64,000 nucleotides of DNA from Fidelibacterota bacterium (GTDB taxonomy: Bacteria > Fidelibacterota > Marinisomatia > SCGC-AAA003-L08 > JACNLC01). Below the pieces are notes generated by a model, which was given only the letters and a program-made list of their open reading frames with translations, did not search any database and had not been told where the DNA came from. Of this stretch, positions 43,742 to 53,388 are shown one piece after another. A program made the translations under genes and the position numbers. The stretch covers positions 7,742 to 71,741 of the forward strand of contig JABMOW010000147.1 of assembly GCA_013204025.1 (NCBI GenBank), in the 5' to 3' direction. The number at the start of each line of letters is the position of its first letter. Positions within the stretch are counted from its first letter, which is position 1.

Positions 43742-44491
43742 ATGAAAATATTTGAGACATTAGAAAATACAAGATTAGTGAAAGGATCAGGTGCATTAGC
43801 GCTCATTGATCCTGATCTAAAAAATGATGGGTTATTAAACGACATTACATCAAGTATAGTGGATGCAGATTTTGATGCGATCCTCGTCGGTGGTAGTCTG
43901 ATAATGGATAACGGATTTGAGGACCGTATCAGTCATATACGTGAACTTACATCTCTTCCGATCATTATTTTCCCAGGATCTTCTCGTCAATTATCAGGAA
44001 AAGCTGATGCAGTTCTGTTCCTGTCTTTACACAGCGGTCGGAATCCTCAATATCTCATCGGAGAGCATGTTGAATCAGCTCCTGTTATTCGCAATTTAGG
44101 AATCGAAGCTATTCCAACCAGTTATTTGCTGATTGATGGAGGTGTAAAATCCTCTGTACAGGTCATGAGCAATACAACACCATTACCACCTGATAAACAT
44201 GATATTATTCTTGCACATGCTCTTGCTGGCCAATATATGGGATCTAAATTCGTTTTTTTCGAGGCAGGAAGTGGGGCAAAGGAATCCATACCGATTAAAT
44301 TGCTGGATTATGTCTGTCAAAATTTGAAAATTCCGGTTATTGTTGGAGGAGGAGTCCGTGATGAGCACACCGCAGCGAAGATGGTTTCAGCAGGTGCAGG
44401 TTATGTGGTTATTGGTAATTTCCTTGAAAAATGTAAGGATCAAAGCGTCTTGAACTCTATTGTCCGAGCTATTCACTACCGGGAGAATTAG
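43742..44491 (+). CDS. Geranylgeranylglyceryl/heptaprenylglyceryl phosphate synthase (group II-like)
   Basis: LIDPD, LVGGS, IFPGS, SGRNPQYLIG, FEAGSGA, IVGGGVR and VVIGN. Confidence 0.9.
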   Translation: MKIFETLENTRLVKGSGALALIDPDLKNDGLLNDITSSIVDADFDAILVGGSLIMDNGFEDRISHIRELTSLPIIIFPGSSRQLSGKADAVLFLSLHSGRNPQYLIGEHVESAPVIRNLGIEAIPTSYLLIDGGVKSSVQVMSNTTPLPPDKHDIILAHALAGQYMGSKFVFFEAGSGAKESIPIKLLDYVCQNLKIPVIVGGGVRDEHTAAKMVSAGAGYVVIGNFLEKCKDQSVLNSIVRAIHYREN

Positions 44492-44524
44492 ATCGATCAG
44501 CAAGGAATACAACCGGTAAGCCCT

Positions 44525-45442
44525 TTGCACCAATATGTGAAACACTACCTACTTCACTTGCAGTTTGAACGAAGATTATCTCAAAACACTGTAACCGCAT
44601 ATTGGGGTGATCTGAAAAAATATACGGATTATTTGTACACCACATTTAATATCGCTCATCCGAGAAATATAAAATTAGAACAAATTCGTGAATTTGTGAA
44701 GATGTTAACACTATTGCCAATGAAGCATTCTACTCATATCGGACTTCGAAAGAGCAGCATCATCCGATCCTATTCTGCGTTGAAGGGATTTCATCAATAC
44801 TTGCTGGATGAAAATTATACAAAAAAGGATCCTACTCAACTTTTAGCCAGTCCAAAAATTGAAAAGAAATTACCTGAAGTGCTGACGGTAAATGAAGTGG
44901 AGCTAATCCTTAATTCGGTGGATTTGGAAGTTGAAACGGGTATCCGAGACCGTGCAATCATCAGCCTGTTGTATGCTTCAGGATTACGTGTGTCAGAGTT
45001 AATTCAGTTAAAGCTTATGGATATTTTCTCCGAAGAAGGTTTGATTCGAATTATGGGGAAGGGAAACAAGGAACGATATGTACCAATTGGTGACATCGCG
45101 CTTGCAGACACTACGACTTACGTACAGATACTCAGACCCCGTCTCGCCAGAAAAGGAGATGCCCGGGGTGCAGTCTTTCTTAATATTAGAGGTAAGCCAT
45201 TATCGCGAATGAGTATTTGGAACATTTTCCATACGCATACCGTTAAGGCAGGGATCTTAAAAAAAGTCAGTCCGCATTCGTTACGACACAGTTTCGCTAC
45301 CCATATGCTTGAGGGTGGAGCAGACTTACGTATGGTACAGGAAATGCTGGGGCATTCCAGCATCATCACGACACAGATATACACTCATATGGATAAAATC
45401 CATTTGAAAGAAATTCATAAACAATATCACCCAAGAGGATAA
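44525..45442 (+). CDS. xerD: Tyrosine recombinase XerD
   Basis: LYASGLRVSEL, GKGNKER, PHSLRHSFATH, QEMLGH, TQIYTH and terminal HPR. Confidence 0.88.
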   Translation: MHQYVKHYLLHLQFERRLSQNTVTAYWGDLKKYTDYLYTTFNIAHPRNIKLEQIREFVKMLTLLPMKHSTHIGLRKSSIIRSYSALKGFHQYLLDENYTKKDPTQLLASPKIEKKLPEVLTVNEVELILNSVDLEVETGIRDRAIISLLYASGLRVSELIQLKLMDIFSEEGLIRIMGKGNKERYVPIGDIALADTTTYVQILRPRLARKGDARGAVFLNIRGKPLSRMSIWNIFHTHTVKAGILKKVSPHSLRHSFATHMLEGGADLRMVQEMLGHSSIITTQIYTHMDKIHLKEIHKQYHPRG

Positions 45443-46087
45443 ATGTTATTTAGATTACCAATGGAAGTACTCGTACTACTGCTGCCAACTTTATTATTTG
45501 CGCTGTGCTTTCATGAATTCTCGCATGCATATATGGCATATCGATTAGGAGACGATACCGCAGCAAGGATGGGGAGGTTGACGCTTAATCCCCTTTCTCA
45601 TATTGATCCTGTGGGGGCAATGATGATTTTGTTTGTGGGATTTGGATGGGCAAAACCAGTACCGGTAAATCCCATGAATTTGAGAAATATGCGGGTGGAC
45701 ATGATGAAAGTTGCATTTGCTGGTCCTCTATCAAATCTTATATTAGCGCTCATCGCAGGTATATTCATCAGATTGACCGGATACAAAACAGGTGTGGAAT
45801 TACAAATTGGGGGGACCATTCCATTCCTGCTATTAATATTTATGCAAATCAACATCATGCTCGCTGTTTTCAATATGATTCCGCTGGCTCCCTTGGATGG
45901 TTCACGAATATTTTCAGGATTACTCGAAAGAAAATTTCCGGACATGGTTCGAAATTTGCAAATTTACGGTCCCCGGATTCTGATGGGAATAATCATGGTT
46001 GGTTATTTGACCAATATTCATATCCTTGGATGGATCATTCAACCATTTTTAAAGCTGTTTATGTATCTTTTTGCAGGTATTCAATAG
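45443..46087 (+). CDS. Site-2 protease (M50 family, short form)
   Basis: HEFSH, GWAKPVP, AGPLSN and FNMIPLAPLDG. Confidence 0.92.
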   Translation: MLFRLPMEVLVLLLPTLLFALCFHEFSHAYMAYRLGDDTAARMGRLTLNPLSHIDPVGAMMILFVGFGWAKPVPVNPMNLRNMRVDMMKVAFAGPLSNLILALIAGIFIRLTGYKTGVELQIGGTIPFLLLIFMQINIMLAVFNMIPLAPLDGSRIFSGLLERKFPDMVRNLQIYGPRILMGIIMVGYLTNIHILGWIIQPFLKLFMYLFAGIQ

Positions 46088-46093
46088 TCATTT

Positions 46094-46240
46094 ATGGTTA
46101 TTAAAAAGAAAACGGATATGCCTCATAAATTCAGACATTTAATTAGCCAACATTACAGAAATGCAAGTACTCCTTTGCAGACGCTGAAATTTTTAGTTAT
46201 TTTACTTCTGGTCATTTATATGATCAGCAAACTCAGTTAG
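46094..46240 (+). CDS. Putative 48-aa single-pass membrane protein
   Basis: Manual translation MVIKKKTDMPHKFRHLISQHYRNASTPLQTLKFLVILLLVIYMISKLS*; starts 6 nt after the S2P stop; below the ORF-track cutoff. Confidence 0.55.
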   Translation: MVIKKKTDMPHKFRHLISQHYRNASTPLQTLKFLVILLLVIYMISKLS

Positions 46241-46312
46241 TATTAATCCTTAATGTCTACAACTTCAGCATTAACACGATTTAATCACTCACATCATTGA
46301 TAAAGGAAATCC

Positions 46313-47986
46313 ATGAAAATCGTTGAATGTGTTCCTAATTTTAGCGAAGGACGCGATCATAATAAAATCAAGATTATTACCGATGCTATTAGTTCGGTTT
46401 CGGGAATCAGTTTATTGGATGTGGATCCGGGTGCGGATACTAACCGTACTGTAGTCACTTTTGTGGGTGAACCTGATAATGTGATAGAAGCAGCCTTTCA
46501 AGCCATCAAGACCGCCGCTTCTGTTTTGGATATGAGATTACATCATGGCGCTCATGCCAGAATGGGAGCAACGGATGTATGTCCATTTGTACCGGTTGCA
46601 AATATTACGATGGAAGAATGTGTTTTACTTTCTCAGCGGCTGGCAAAAAGAGTGGGAGATGAACTGAACATTCCTGTTTTTCTGTATGAAAACTCGGCGT
46701 CCAAACCGGATCGTCAGAACTTAGCCAATGTCCGTTCAGGAGAATATGAGGGGATGGCGGCAAAACTGAAAGATCCAGAATGGCACCCTGATTTTGGTCC
46801 TGTGGTATTGGATGAAAAAGCAGGAGTTACCGCTATTGGAGCAAGAGAGTTTCTCGTCGCCTACAATGTGAATCTGAATACTCAATCAAAAGCCATCGCT
46901 TCGGATATTGCTCTGGATATTCGTGAAGCTGGTCGGCGCGCTAGAAACGAAAAGGGCAAATTTATCTCCGATGAGGAGGGTAATCCTGTTATGACCCTCG
47001 GAAAATTAAAATTTGTGAAGGCGGTGGGGTGGTATATCGATGAATACCAAATTGCTCAATTATCCATGAATCTGACAAATTACAAGATTACCCCTGTTCA
47101 TAGTGCTTTCGAAGAGTCACGCGAGCAAGCCCGATTGAGAGGAGTCAGAGTTACAGGAAGCGAATTGGTGGGACTGATCCCTCTGCAAGCCATATTGGAT
47201 GCCGGCATTTATTACTTACAAAAACAAAACCGATCCATCGGTATACCCACAGAGGACATCATCCATATTGCCGTAAAATCACTTGGACTGGATGATCTGT
47301 CACCTTTTGATCCCAAAGAAAAAATTATCGAATACCAGATTGGTCATGAATTTGGATCATTAGCAACCATGTCAATTGACAAGTTTATGGATGAGTTATC
47401 AAGAGAATCTCCAGCACCAGGAGGAGGAAGTGTATCTGCCTTAGCTGGCTCTTTAGGTGCAGCTTTAGCAGCTATGGTATCCAATCTCACAACTGGTAAA
47501 AAGAAATTCCGAGGCGTTTTTGATAAAATGCAGACGCTGGGAATTCAGGGACAGGAGTTGAAAGTCAGATTACTTAAATTGATCGACGAGGATACCAATG
47601 CCTTCAACGAGGTAATGAATGCATATCGATTACCCGCCGGCGATAAAGACGAAACTGCTAAAAAGGAGCAGGCCATTGAAATGGCGAATCAGCACGCAAC
47701 AAACATTCCGTTCCAAGTTGTGAAAGCCTGTGCTGAAGTGATGACTCTGGCAACACAAGCTGCGTCATTTGGTAATCCTAATTCAGTCTCTGATGCCGGT
47801 GTTGCAGGAGAAATGGCTCATGCAGGTGCACACGGCGCAGCACTAAATGTGATCATAAATTTAAATAGCATTTCGGATGAGAGCTTTTGCAACAGTATGC
47901 GTCAAAATACTGAACAAATTCTCCAAGCAGTGGATAATGATCTGGCATCATTAAGACAAATCGTAAACGGAAAACTCAACAATTGA
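46313..47986 (+). CDS. ftcD: Bifunctional glutamate formimidoyltransferase/cyclodeaminase
   Basis: ECVPNFSEGR, HARMGATDVCPF, GAREFL; cyclodeaminase half with PAPGGGSV and NSVSD. Confidence 0.93.
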   Translation: MKIVECVPNFSEGRDHNKIKIITDAISSVSGISLLDVDPGADTNRTVVTFVGEPDNVIEAAFQAIKTAASVLDMRLHHGAHARMGATDVCPFVPVANITMEECVLLSQRLAKRVGDELNIPVFLYENSASKPDRQNLANVRSGEYEGMAAKLKDPEWHPDFGPVVLDEKAGVTAIGAREFLVAYNVNLNTQSKAIASDIALDIREAGRRARNEKGKFISDEEGNPVMTLGKLKFVKAVGWYIDEYQIAQLSMNLTNYKITPVHSAFEESREQARLRGVRVTGSELVGLIPLQAILDAGIYYLQKQNRSIGIPTEDIIHIAVKSLGLDDLSPFDPKEKIIEYQIGHEFGSLATMSIDKFMDELSRESPAPGGGSVSALAGSLGAALAAMVSNLTTGKKKFRGVFDKMQTLGIQGQELKVRLLKLIDEDTNAFNEVMNAYRLPAGDKDETAKKEQAIEMANQHATNIPFQVVKACAEVMTLATQAASFGNPNSVSDAGVAGEMAHAGAHGAALNVIINLNSISDESFCNSMRQNTEQILQAVDNDLASLRQIVNGKLNN

Positions 47987-47999
47987 TCATACAGGCCAC

Positions 48000-49817
48000 A
48001 TGAAAATGATTCCTTCTAAAATCCAATTGTTACCGACTCAGCTGATTAATCAGATTGCTGCTGGTGAAGTCATTGAAAGACCGTCATCGATCGTGAAAGA
48101 ATTGATCGAAAATTCGGTGGATGCTCATGCAAAAAATATCGAAATCATTATTCAGGATGGTGGTAAATCCCTCATCCAGATTATTGACGACGGAGACGGT
48201 ATGGACTCAGAAGATCTGGGCATGAGTTTTCAAAGGCATGCGACAAGTAAAATCCGACATCAGGAAGAATTGAGAAATATTACATCCCTTGGATTTCGAG
48301 GAGAAGCTTTACCCAGTATCGCTTCGGTCTCTCATATCAATGCCAGAAGTTCAATAAATGGTGAAGAAGGAAATGAAATCAGCCTCAAGGGTGGTGAAGT
48401 CCAATATATTCGACCAGCGCCATCAAATACAGGGACGTCAATTCAGATTAAAAATTTGTTTTTCAATACGCCCGCTCGTCGGAAATTTCTGAAAACTACA
48501 GAAATTGAGAAAAGAAATATTTATCTTGTGGTGCGCACTTATTCTCTAGCCTATCCTAAAATAGGCTTCACTCTGACAGATGCAGAAAAACATGTTTACA
48601 AGCTTCGTGGAAATGATCTTGCTGGACGTATCAGTGATATTTATGGTAAAAAATTCGGCGAAAATCTTTTACCAGTTACACTTACCAAAGATCATTTCAT
48701 GGTTTCCGGATTTACCGGGAATCTCAATCTGGTAAAAAAACGTATGGGTGAGCAGTTTCTCTTTTTAAATGGAAGAGCTATCCAAAACCGATTGATCAAT
48801 TCAGCTGTCTTTGGCTCATATAAATCCCTTCTCTCAAGAGGAGAATATCCGTTTTTCATTCTGAATCTGCAAATACCTCCAGATATGGTTGATGTCAATG
48901 TCCATCCTGCAAAATCAGAAGTTCGTTTTAAGGATGAATGGCGTGTTTTTTATGTGGTTAAATCTGCAGTTACTCAGGCACTTACAGATTTGCTGAAGAC
49001 GATACCTGATTACACACCATTCAATTATTATGGTGCAGACAAGTCTGTAACATCAGATCATGGACAACTAAAGTTATCACCATCTATCCCAGGACAATTC
49101 CCGGCAGGATTTGAAACAGCGCCACATCACAGAGATCAGGAAAAAGTTCTGGGGAATACGTCCAGTGTTATCACAGAATCCACAATCAGGAAAGCGCATG
49201 AACGGATTGAGGCACTCACAAAGTCGTCTCAAGTAGATGACAAAATAATCCCCACTGACAATCTGTGGCAAATTCAGAATAAATATATTCTTACTGAAGT
49301 GAATCAAGGTCTTATCATTATCGATCAGCATGTAGCACATGAACGGATCTTATTTGAATCTGCAAAAAAAGCACTTGAAGGAAATGGTATCCCGTCTCAA
49401 ACCGTATTATTTCCGCAGACCATCAAATTTTTACCAGAAGAATACTCAAAGTTTTTAGGCGTTATTCCATACTTGCATAAAATCGGATTTAAAATGCGCG
49501 AATTTGGCGTAAATACTATTATTGTCGAGGGTGTACCTTCGGACATTTATTCTGGTTCTGTTGAAGAAATAGTCCACGAGATATTGGATAAATACATTGA
49601 GAAACAGGAAATGAATGCGTCGTTCTTGGATCACATGGCTGCGACCTATGCCTGCAAAGCGGCTATCAAAGCAGGTGATCGTCTGAAACAAGAGGAAATG
49701 AAAAATCTGGTGGATAAGCTATTTGCGACGGACCATCCTTACTATTGTCCTCATGGAAGGCCGATTATCGTTCGTCTCGGGATTGATGAACTGGACAAAC
49801 GATTTGAACGAATTTGA
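48000..49817 (+). CDS. mutL: DNA mismatch repair endonuclease MutL
   Basis: IAAGEVIERP, GFRGEAL, DVNVHP, DQHVAHER and CPHGRP (MutH-independent type). Confidence 0.96.
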   Translation: MKMIPSKIQLLPTQLINQIAAGEVIERPSSIVKELIENSVDAHAKNIEIIIQDGGKSLIQIIDDGDGMDSEDLGMSFQRHATSKIRHQEELRNITSLGFRGEALPSIASVSHINARSSINGEEGNEISLKGGEVQYIRPAPSNTGTSIQIKNLFFNTPARRKFLKTTEIEKRNIYLVVRTYSLAYPKIGFTLTDAEKHVYKLRGNDLAGRISDIYGKKFGENLLPVTLTKDHFMVSGFTGNLNLVKKRMGEQFLFLNGRAIQNRLINSAVFGSYKSLLSRGEYPFFILNLQIPPDMVDVNVHPAKSEVRFKDEWRVFYVVKSAVTQALTDLLKTIPDYTPFNYYGADKSVTSDHGQLKLSPSIPGQFPAGFETAPHHRDQEKVLGNTSSVITESTIRKAHERIEALTKSSQVDDKIIPTDNLWQIQNKYILTEVNQGLIIIDQHVAHERILFESAKKALEGNGIPSQTVLFPQTIKFLPEEYSKFLGVIPYLHKIGFKMREFGVNTIIVEGVPSDIYSGSVEEIVHEILDKYIEKQEMNASFLDHMAATYACKAAIKAGDRLKQEEMKNLVDKLFATDHPYYCPHGRPIIVRLGIDELDKRFERI

Positions 49818-50764
49818 GTATTCCGGATTCAATCATTTCATCGATTGGAAGTAAAATTCCTGTTGTCGTTGGACCTACTGCAGTGGGTAAAACCGGATTT
49901 TCTATACAGCTTGCAAAACAACTGAATGGTGAAATCATTTCTGTTGACTCCAGACAAATTTATCGTGATTTCATCATTGGAACTGCTCAACCCACAAATG
50001 AAGAGTTGAAATCTGTTCCACACAACCTCATTGGTACCTTAAATGCGGACGAAATCGTGAATTCAGGACAGTATGCTGATTGGGTCTCTGCTCTTATCGT
50101 AGCAATAAAAGATCGTGGTCATCTCCCGGTGCTTGTTGGTGGATCCTTTTTGTATCTTCAGTCTATCATAAATGGGATTATAAGAACGGCAGATGGGAGT
50201 CCGAAGATTCGACAAAATATAATGCAGGAAATCGACGAAAAAGGGATTGATACCATGATGTCAAGACTTCACCAAATCGATTCGGACTATGCAGCAATCG
50301 TACACCCAAATGATGTGAAACGGCTGGTGAGAGCATTAGAGATTTATGAGATTACAGGGAAACCCCCCAGTGAAGTATTTCTCGAACAACAGAAATTAGA
50401 TCAGGAGTTACAGCACCAGTATTTCGTCATCGGACTGACTTGCGAAAGAGCCAAATTATACCAGAGAATAGAAAACCGCGTAGATGATATGATTCAAGCT
50501 GGTTGGCAACAGGAAACTCATAATTTGCTTGCTTCAGGAGTAAGCCGTACATCTCATGCCATGCAAAGTTTGGGATATAAACAATTGGTGGAGGTCGAAC
50601 AGGGGGCCGTCGCATTAGAAGAGGCGATTGTGATTATTAAGCAGAAAACACGACAATTTGCGAAAAAACAGATTACCTGGATGAACAAAATGTCAATTGA
50701 TATGATTTTAGATTGCGACGTAAGTTATAAAAGTAGTTCACTCTACGATTGGAAAACAGATTAA
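49814..50764 (+). CDS. miaA: tRNA dimethylallyltransferase
   Basis: GPTAVGKT, DSRQIY, RALE and TRQFAKKQ. Confidence 0.94.
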   Translation: MSIPDSIISSIGSKIPVVVGPTAVGKTGFSIQLAKQLNGEIISVDSRQIYRDFIIGTAQPTNEELKSVPHNLIGTLNADEIVNSGQYADWVSALIVAIKDRGHLPVLVGGSFLYLQSIINGIIRTADGSPKIRQNIMQEIDEKGIDTMMSRLHQIDSDYAAIVHPNDVKRLVRALEIYEITGKPPSEVFLEQQKLDQELQHQYFVIGLTCERAKLYQRIENRVDDMIQAGWQQETHNLLASGVSRTSHAMQSLGYKQLVEVEQGAVALEEAIVIIKQKTRQFAKKQITWMNKMSIDMILDCDVSYKSSSLYDWKTD

Positions 50765-51393
50765 TGAAAAAAGGAATTAAACAAACCGTATTTGCTGGTA
50801 TTTTGGCTGTCCTACCCTTTGCTTTGACAGTTTTGATTTTGTTGTGGCTATTCCGGTTTTTCGCTAAACCTGGTGCCAGAATCCTTGAGTACATTTTTGT
50901 AAAGCAGGAAATCCCAAAATACGTCCCTGAATTACTGGGATTCATCCTCACATTTCTGTTTATCTACATTTTAGGTCTGATCGTTAGGAATGTACTGGGA
51001 AAGCGCTTGATTACAAAAATGGAAAATGCTATTTCCAGAATCCCGGTAGTCAATTCTATTTTCAATACAATTAAACAGATCACTTCCACTATTAGTGAAC
51101 CCCGAGAACAGGCATTTCAAAAAGTAGTTCTCGTAGAATATCCGCGAATTGGGATTTGGACTATCATGATGGTTACAGGAAGCTCTCAGAATAAAAGTGG
51201 CAAAGAATTTTATCAGTTATTCGTACCAACAACACCCAATCCCACATCCGGATATATGTTAATCGTGCCAAAATCTGATGTAGTCGAAACAAATCTCACA
51301 ATTGAGGATGGTTTGAAAGCCATCATTTCCGGTGGACTTTTAGCTGGAAAGATCAATTCTATACCTGATTTAGTAGAAGGAAAAGAGTTATGA
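50764..51393 (+). CDS. DUF502 membrane protein
   Basis: Two TM, VEYPR and FVPTTPNPTSG. Likely start is ATG 50764 (TAATG overlap). Confidence 0.88.
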   Translation: MKKGIKQTVFAGILAVLPFALTVLILLWLFRFFAKPGARILEYIFVKQEIPKYVPELLGFILTFLFIYILGLIVRNVLGKRLITKMENAISRIPVVNSIFNTIKQITSTISEPREQAFQKVVLVEYPRIGIWTIMMVTGSSQNKSGKEFYQLFVPTTPNPTSGYMLIVPKSDVVETNLTIEDGLKAIISGGLLAGKINSIPDLVEGKEL

Positions 51394-51995
51394 TCGAAGC
51401 TCCCGTAAGATGTGGTTGGCCTGGTGATAATGAGTTAATGGTTCGTTATCATGACGAAGAGTGGGGTGTACCGGTAACTGACGACCGTAAGATATTCGAG
51501 TTTATGATTCTGGATGCGTTTCAGGCTGGACTCAGTTGGTCAATTGTCTTGAATAAACGAATTGGTTTTGCGCAGGCATTTGATAATTTTGATCCTGAAA
51601 AAATTGCACTCTACGACGAAAATAAAATTCAGGAGTTAATTCTAGATCCATCAATTATCAGAAATAAACTAAAAATCAGATCTACCGTCCGAAATGCTCA
51701 ATTATTTTTGGAAATCCAATCCAAGTACAATGGTTTTCATCATTATATCTGGCAATTTACGGATGGTAAACCTATAGTGAATCAATTTAGTGTAATGAGC
51801 GAAATTCCTGCAAAAACGGATGAATCGGATTTAATGAGCAATGACCTCAAAAAGATAGGATTTAAATTTGTAGGATCAACTATTTGTTATGCATTCATGC
51901 AAGCCGCAGGGATGGTGAATGACCATATGGTAGATTGTTTTAGGTATGAACCACTGAAGCAGTTAGCGCTTCAAATGGGATCTGATAAGCAGTAA
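51390..51995 (+). CDS. tag: DNA-3-methyladenine glycosylase I
   Basis: RCGW, YHDEEWG, QAGLSW, IIRNKLKI and GMVNDH..C. Confidence 0.95.
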   Translation: MIEAPVRCGWPGDNELMVRYHDEEWGVPVTDDRKIFEFMILDAFQAGLSWSIVLNKRIGFAQAFDNFDPEKIALYDENKIQELILDPSIIRNKLKIRSTVRNAQLFLEIQSKYNGFHHYIWQFTDGKPIVNQFSVMSEIPAKTDESDLMSNDLKKIGFKFVGSTICYAFMQAAGMVNDHMVDCFRYEPLKQLALQMGSDKQ

Positions 51996-52947
51996 ATATT
52001 TCTTCAAATCGGGTTTCAATCTCCTCAATGGATTGGCTTACCATAAACCGTTTTCGCCATTCAGCAGCACCCGAAAATCCCTTCAAATACCAACTCACTT
52101 GTTTTTTAGTCAAATTAAAACAAATCGTCGGGTGTCTGTCTGCTTTTAATAAAGTATAGTGGGTGTAGCACATCTCAATTTTATCTTCCAACGTCACTGG
52201 TATTGCCGGCTCTCCCTTCAAAGCTCGGGAAACAGATCTAAATATCCATGGATTTCCCAGTGCTGCCCGCGCAATCATAATGCCATCGCATCCGGTTTCG
52301 TCAAACATTCTCAATGCGTCGTCTGCATTTTGAATATCGCCATTGCCGATAACTGGGATACCGATCGATTCTTTTAATTCCCGGATAAGATTCCAGTCTG
52401 CAGATCCGGTGTAGAGTTGTTTCATTGTTCGGGGGTGGAGGGTAATGGCAGATACCCCGCATTTTTCCAAAAGCTCACCTGCCTGAGTTGAGACGATGCT
52501 TGTTTTATCTGCTCCGGCTCTCATCTTTACCGTTACGGGTGTTCCCGCTGCATTTTCAATCACTGACCTGACGATATCTTCCATCAGTCCCAGATCTTTC
52601 AAAGCGCCTGCTCCTGCACATCTTTTTACAACTTTAGGAACAGGACAGCCGAAGTTGATATCGATAATATCCGGATTAAATATTTCTCTGATCATTTTTG
52701 CGGATGTGCCCACAACATCAGGTTGGTGTCCGAAGATTTGGATACCGATAGGGCGTTCATTTTCAGTAAAATTCATCATATTCAGAGTTTTTATGTTTTC
52801 ACGTATTATTCCCTCTGAACTGACAAATTCCGAATAGACGACTCCAGCTCCTAATGATCTACTGATTACTCTGAACGAATGATCGGTTACGCCCGCCATT
52901 GGAGCAAGAAAAACCGGATGATCGATGTTGAGATTACCGATTTTCAT
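51940..52947 (-). CDS. dusB: tRNA dihydrouridine synthase
   Basis: LAPMAGVTD, INFGCP, HPRT and GNGD. Confidence 0.92.
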   Translation of the reverse strand: MKIGNLNIDHPVFLAPMAGVTDHSFRVISRSLGAGVVYSEFVSSEGIIRENIKTLNMMNFTENERPIGIQIFGHQPDVVGTSAKMIREIFNPDIIDINFGCPVPKVVKRCAGAGALKDLGLMEDIVRSVIENAAGTPVTVKMRAGADKTSIVSTQAGELLEKCGVSAITLHPRTMKQLYTGSADWNLIRELKESIGIPVIGNGDIQNADDALRMFDETGCDGIMIARAALGNPWIFRSVSRALKGEPAIPVTLEDKIEMCYTHYTLLKADRHPTICFNLTKKQVSWYLKGFSGAAEWRKRFMVSQSIEEIETRFEEIFTAYQIPFEALTASVVHT

Positions 52948-53388
52948 CTATTCTTGAATAATACGCTTTGATTGTAATTGTTTAAAAAAGACATCAATCT
53001 CTTGGAGGACATTTTCAATTCGAGTATAGGAGCAAACATGAACATTGGGGTCACCGGCTATCATAGCAGAAATGCGTGAGACAGATTCTTTTTGGTAAAA
53101 AGCAAGGACGGGTATGTGACTTTCATGAGCGATGGCGATTTCATACCCGACACCCAAAGAGGGTTGAGTAACTTCGGCAACGAGAACTTGTGACTCACGT
53201 ACCCATCGCACATCCCTTTCCCAGATAAATGTATCTGATCTGCCTTCTCCATTAATGAGATCAAGATTAGGATCACCAATATACGCAGTGAGCACTGTCC
53301 CGAATTTTTCCAGATGTTGGATGATTTGTCGGTAAATATTCACATCATCCCGGCCACCTCGAATGGCTCCACTAAAATAAATTTTCAA
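52948..53388 (-). CDS. RCL/DNPH1-like 2'-deoxynucleoside 5'-phosphate N-hydrolase
   Basis: IYFSGAIRGGR, AEVTQPSLGVGYE and SAMI.G. Confidence 0.87.
   Translation of the reverse strand: MKIYFSGAIRGGRDDVNIYRQIIQHLEKFGTVLTAYIGDPNLDLINGEGRSDTFIWERDVRWVRESQVLVAEVTQPSLGVGYEIAIAHESHIPVLAFYQKESVSRISAMIAGDPNVHVCSYTRIENVLQEIDVFFKQLQSKRIIQE

Noticed and set aside
44525-45442. Tyrosine recombinase as an integrase marking a genomic island
   Set aside because: Length and motifs fit housekeeping XerD. No att repeats, tRNA or cargo genes flank it.
45646-46104. 152-aa alternative-frame ORF
   Set aside because: It overlaps the well-supported M50 protease gene and has no recognisable motifs.
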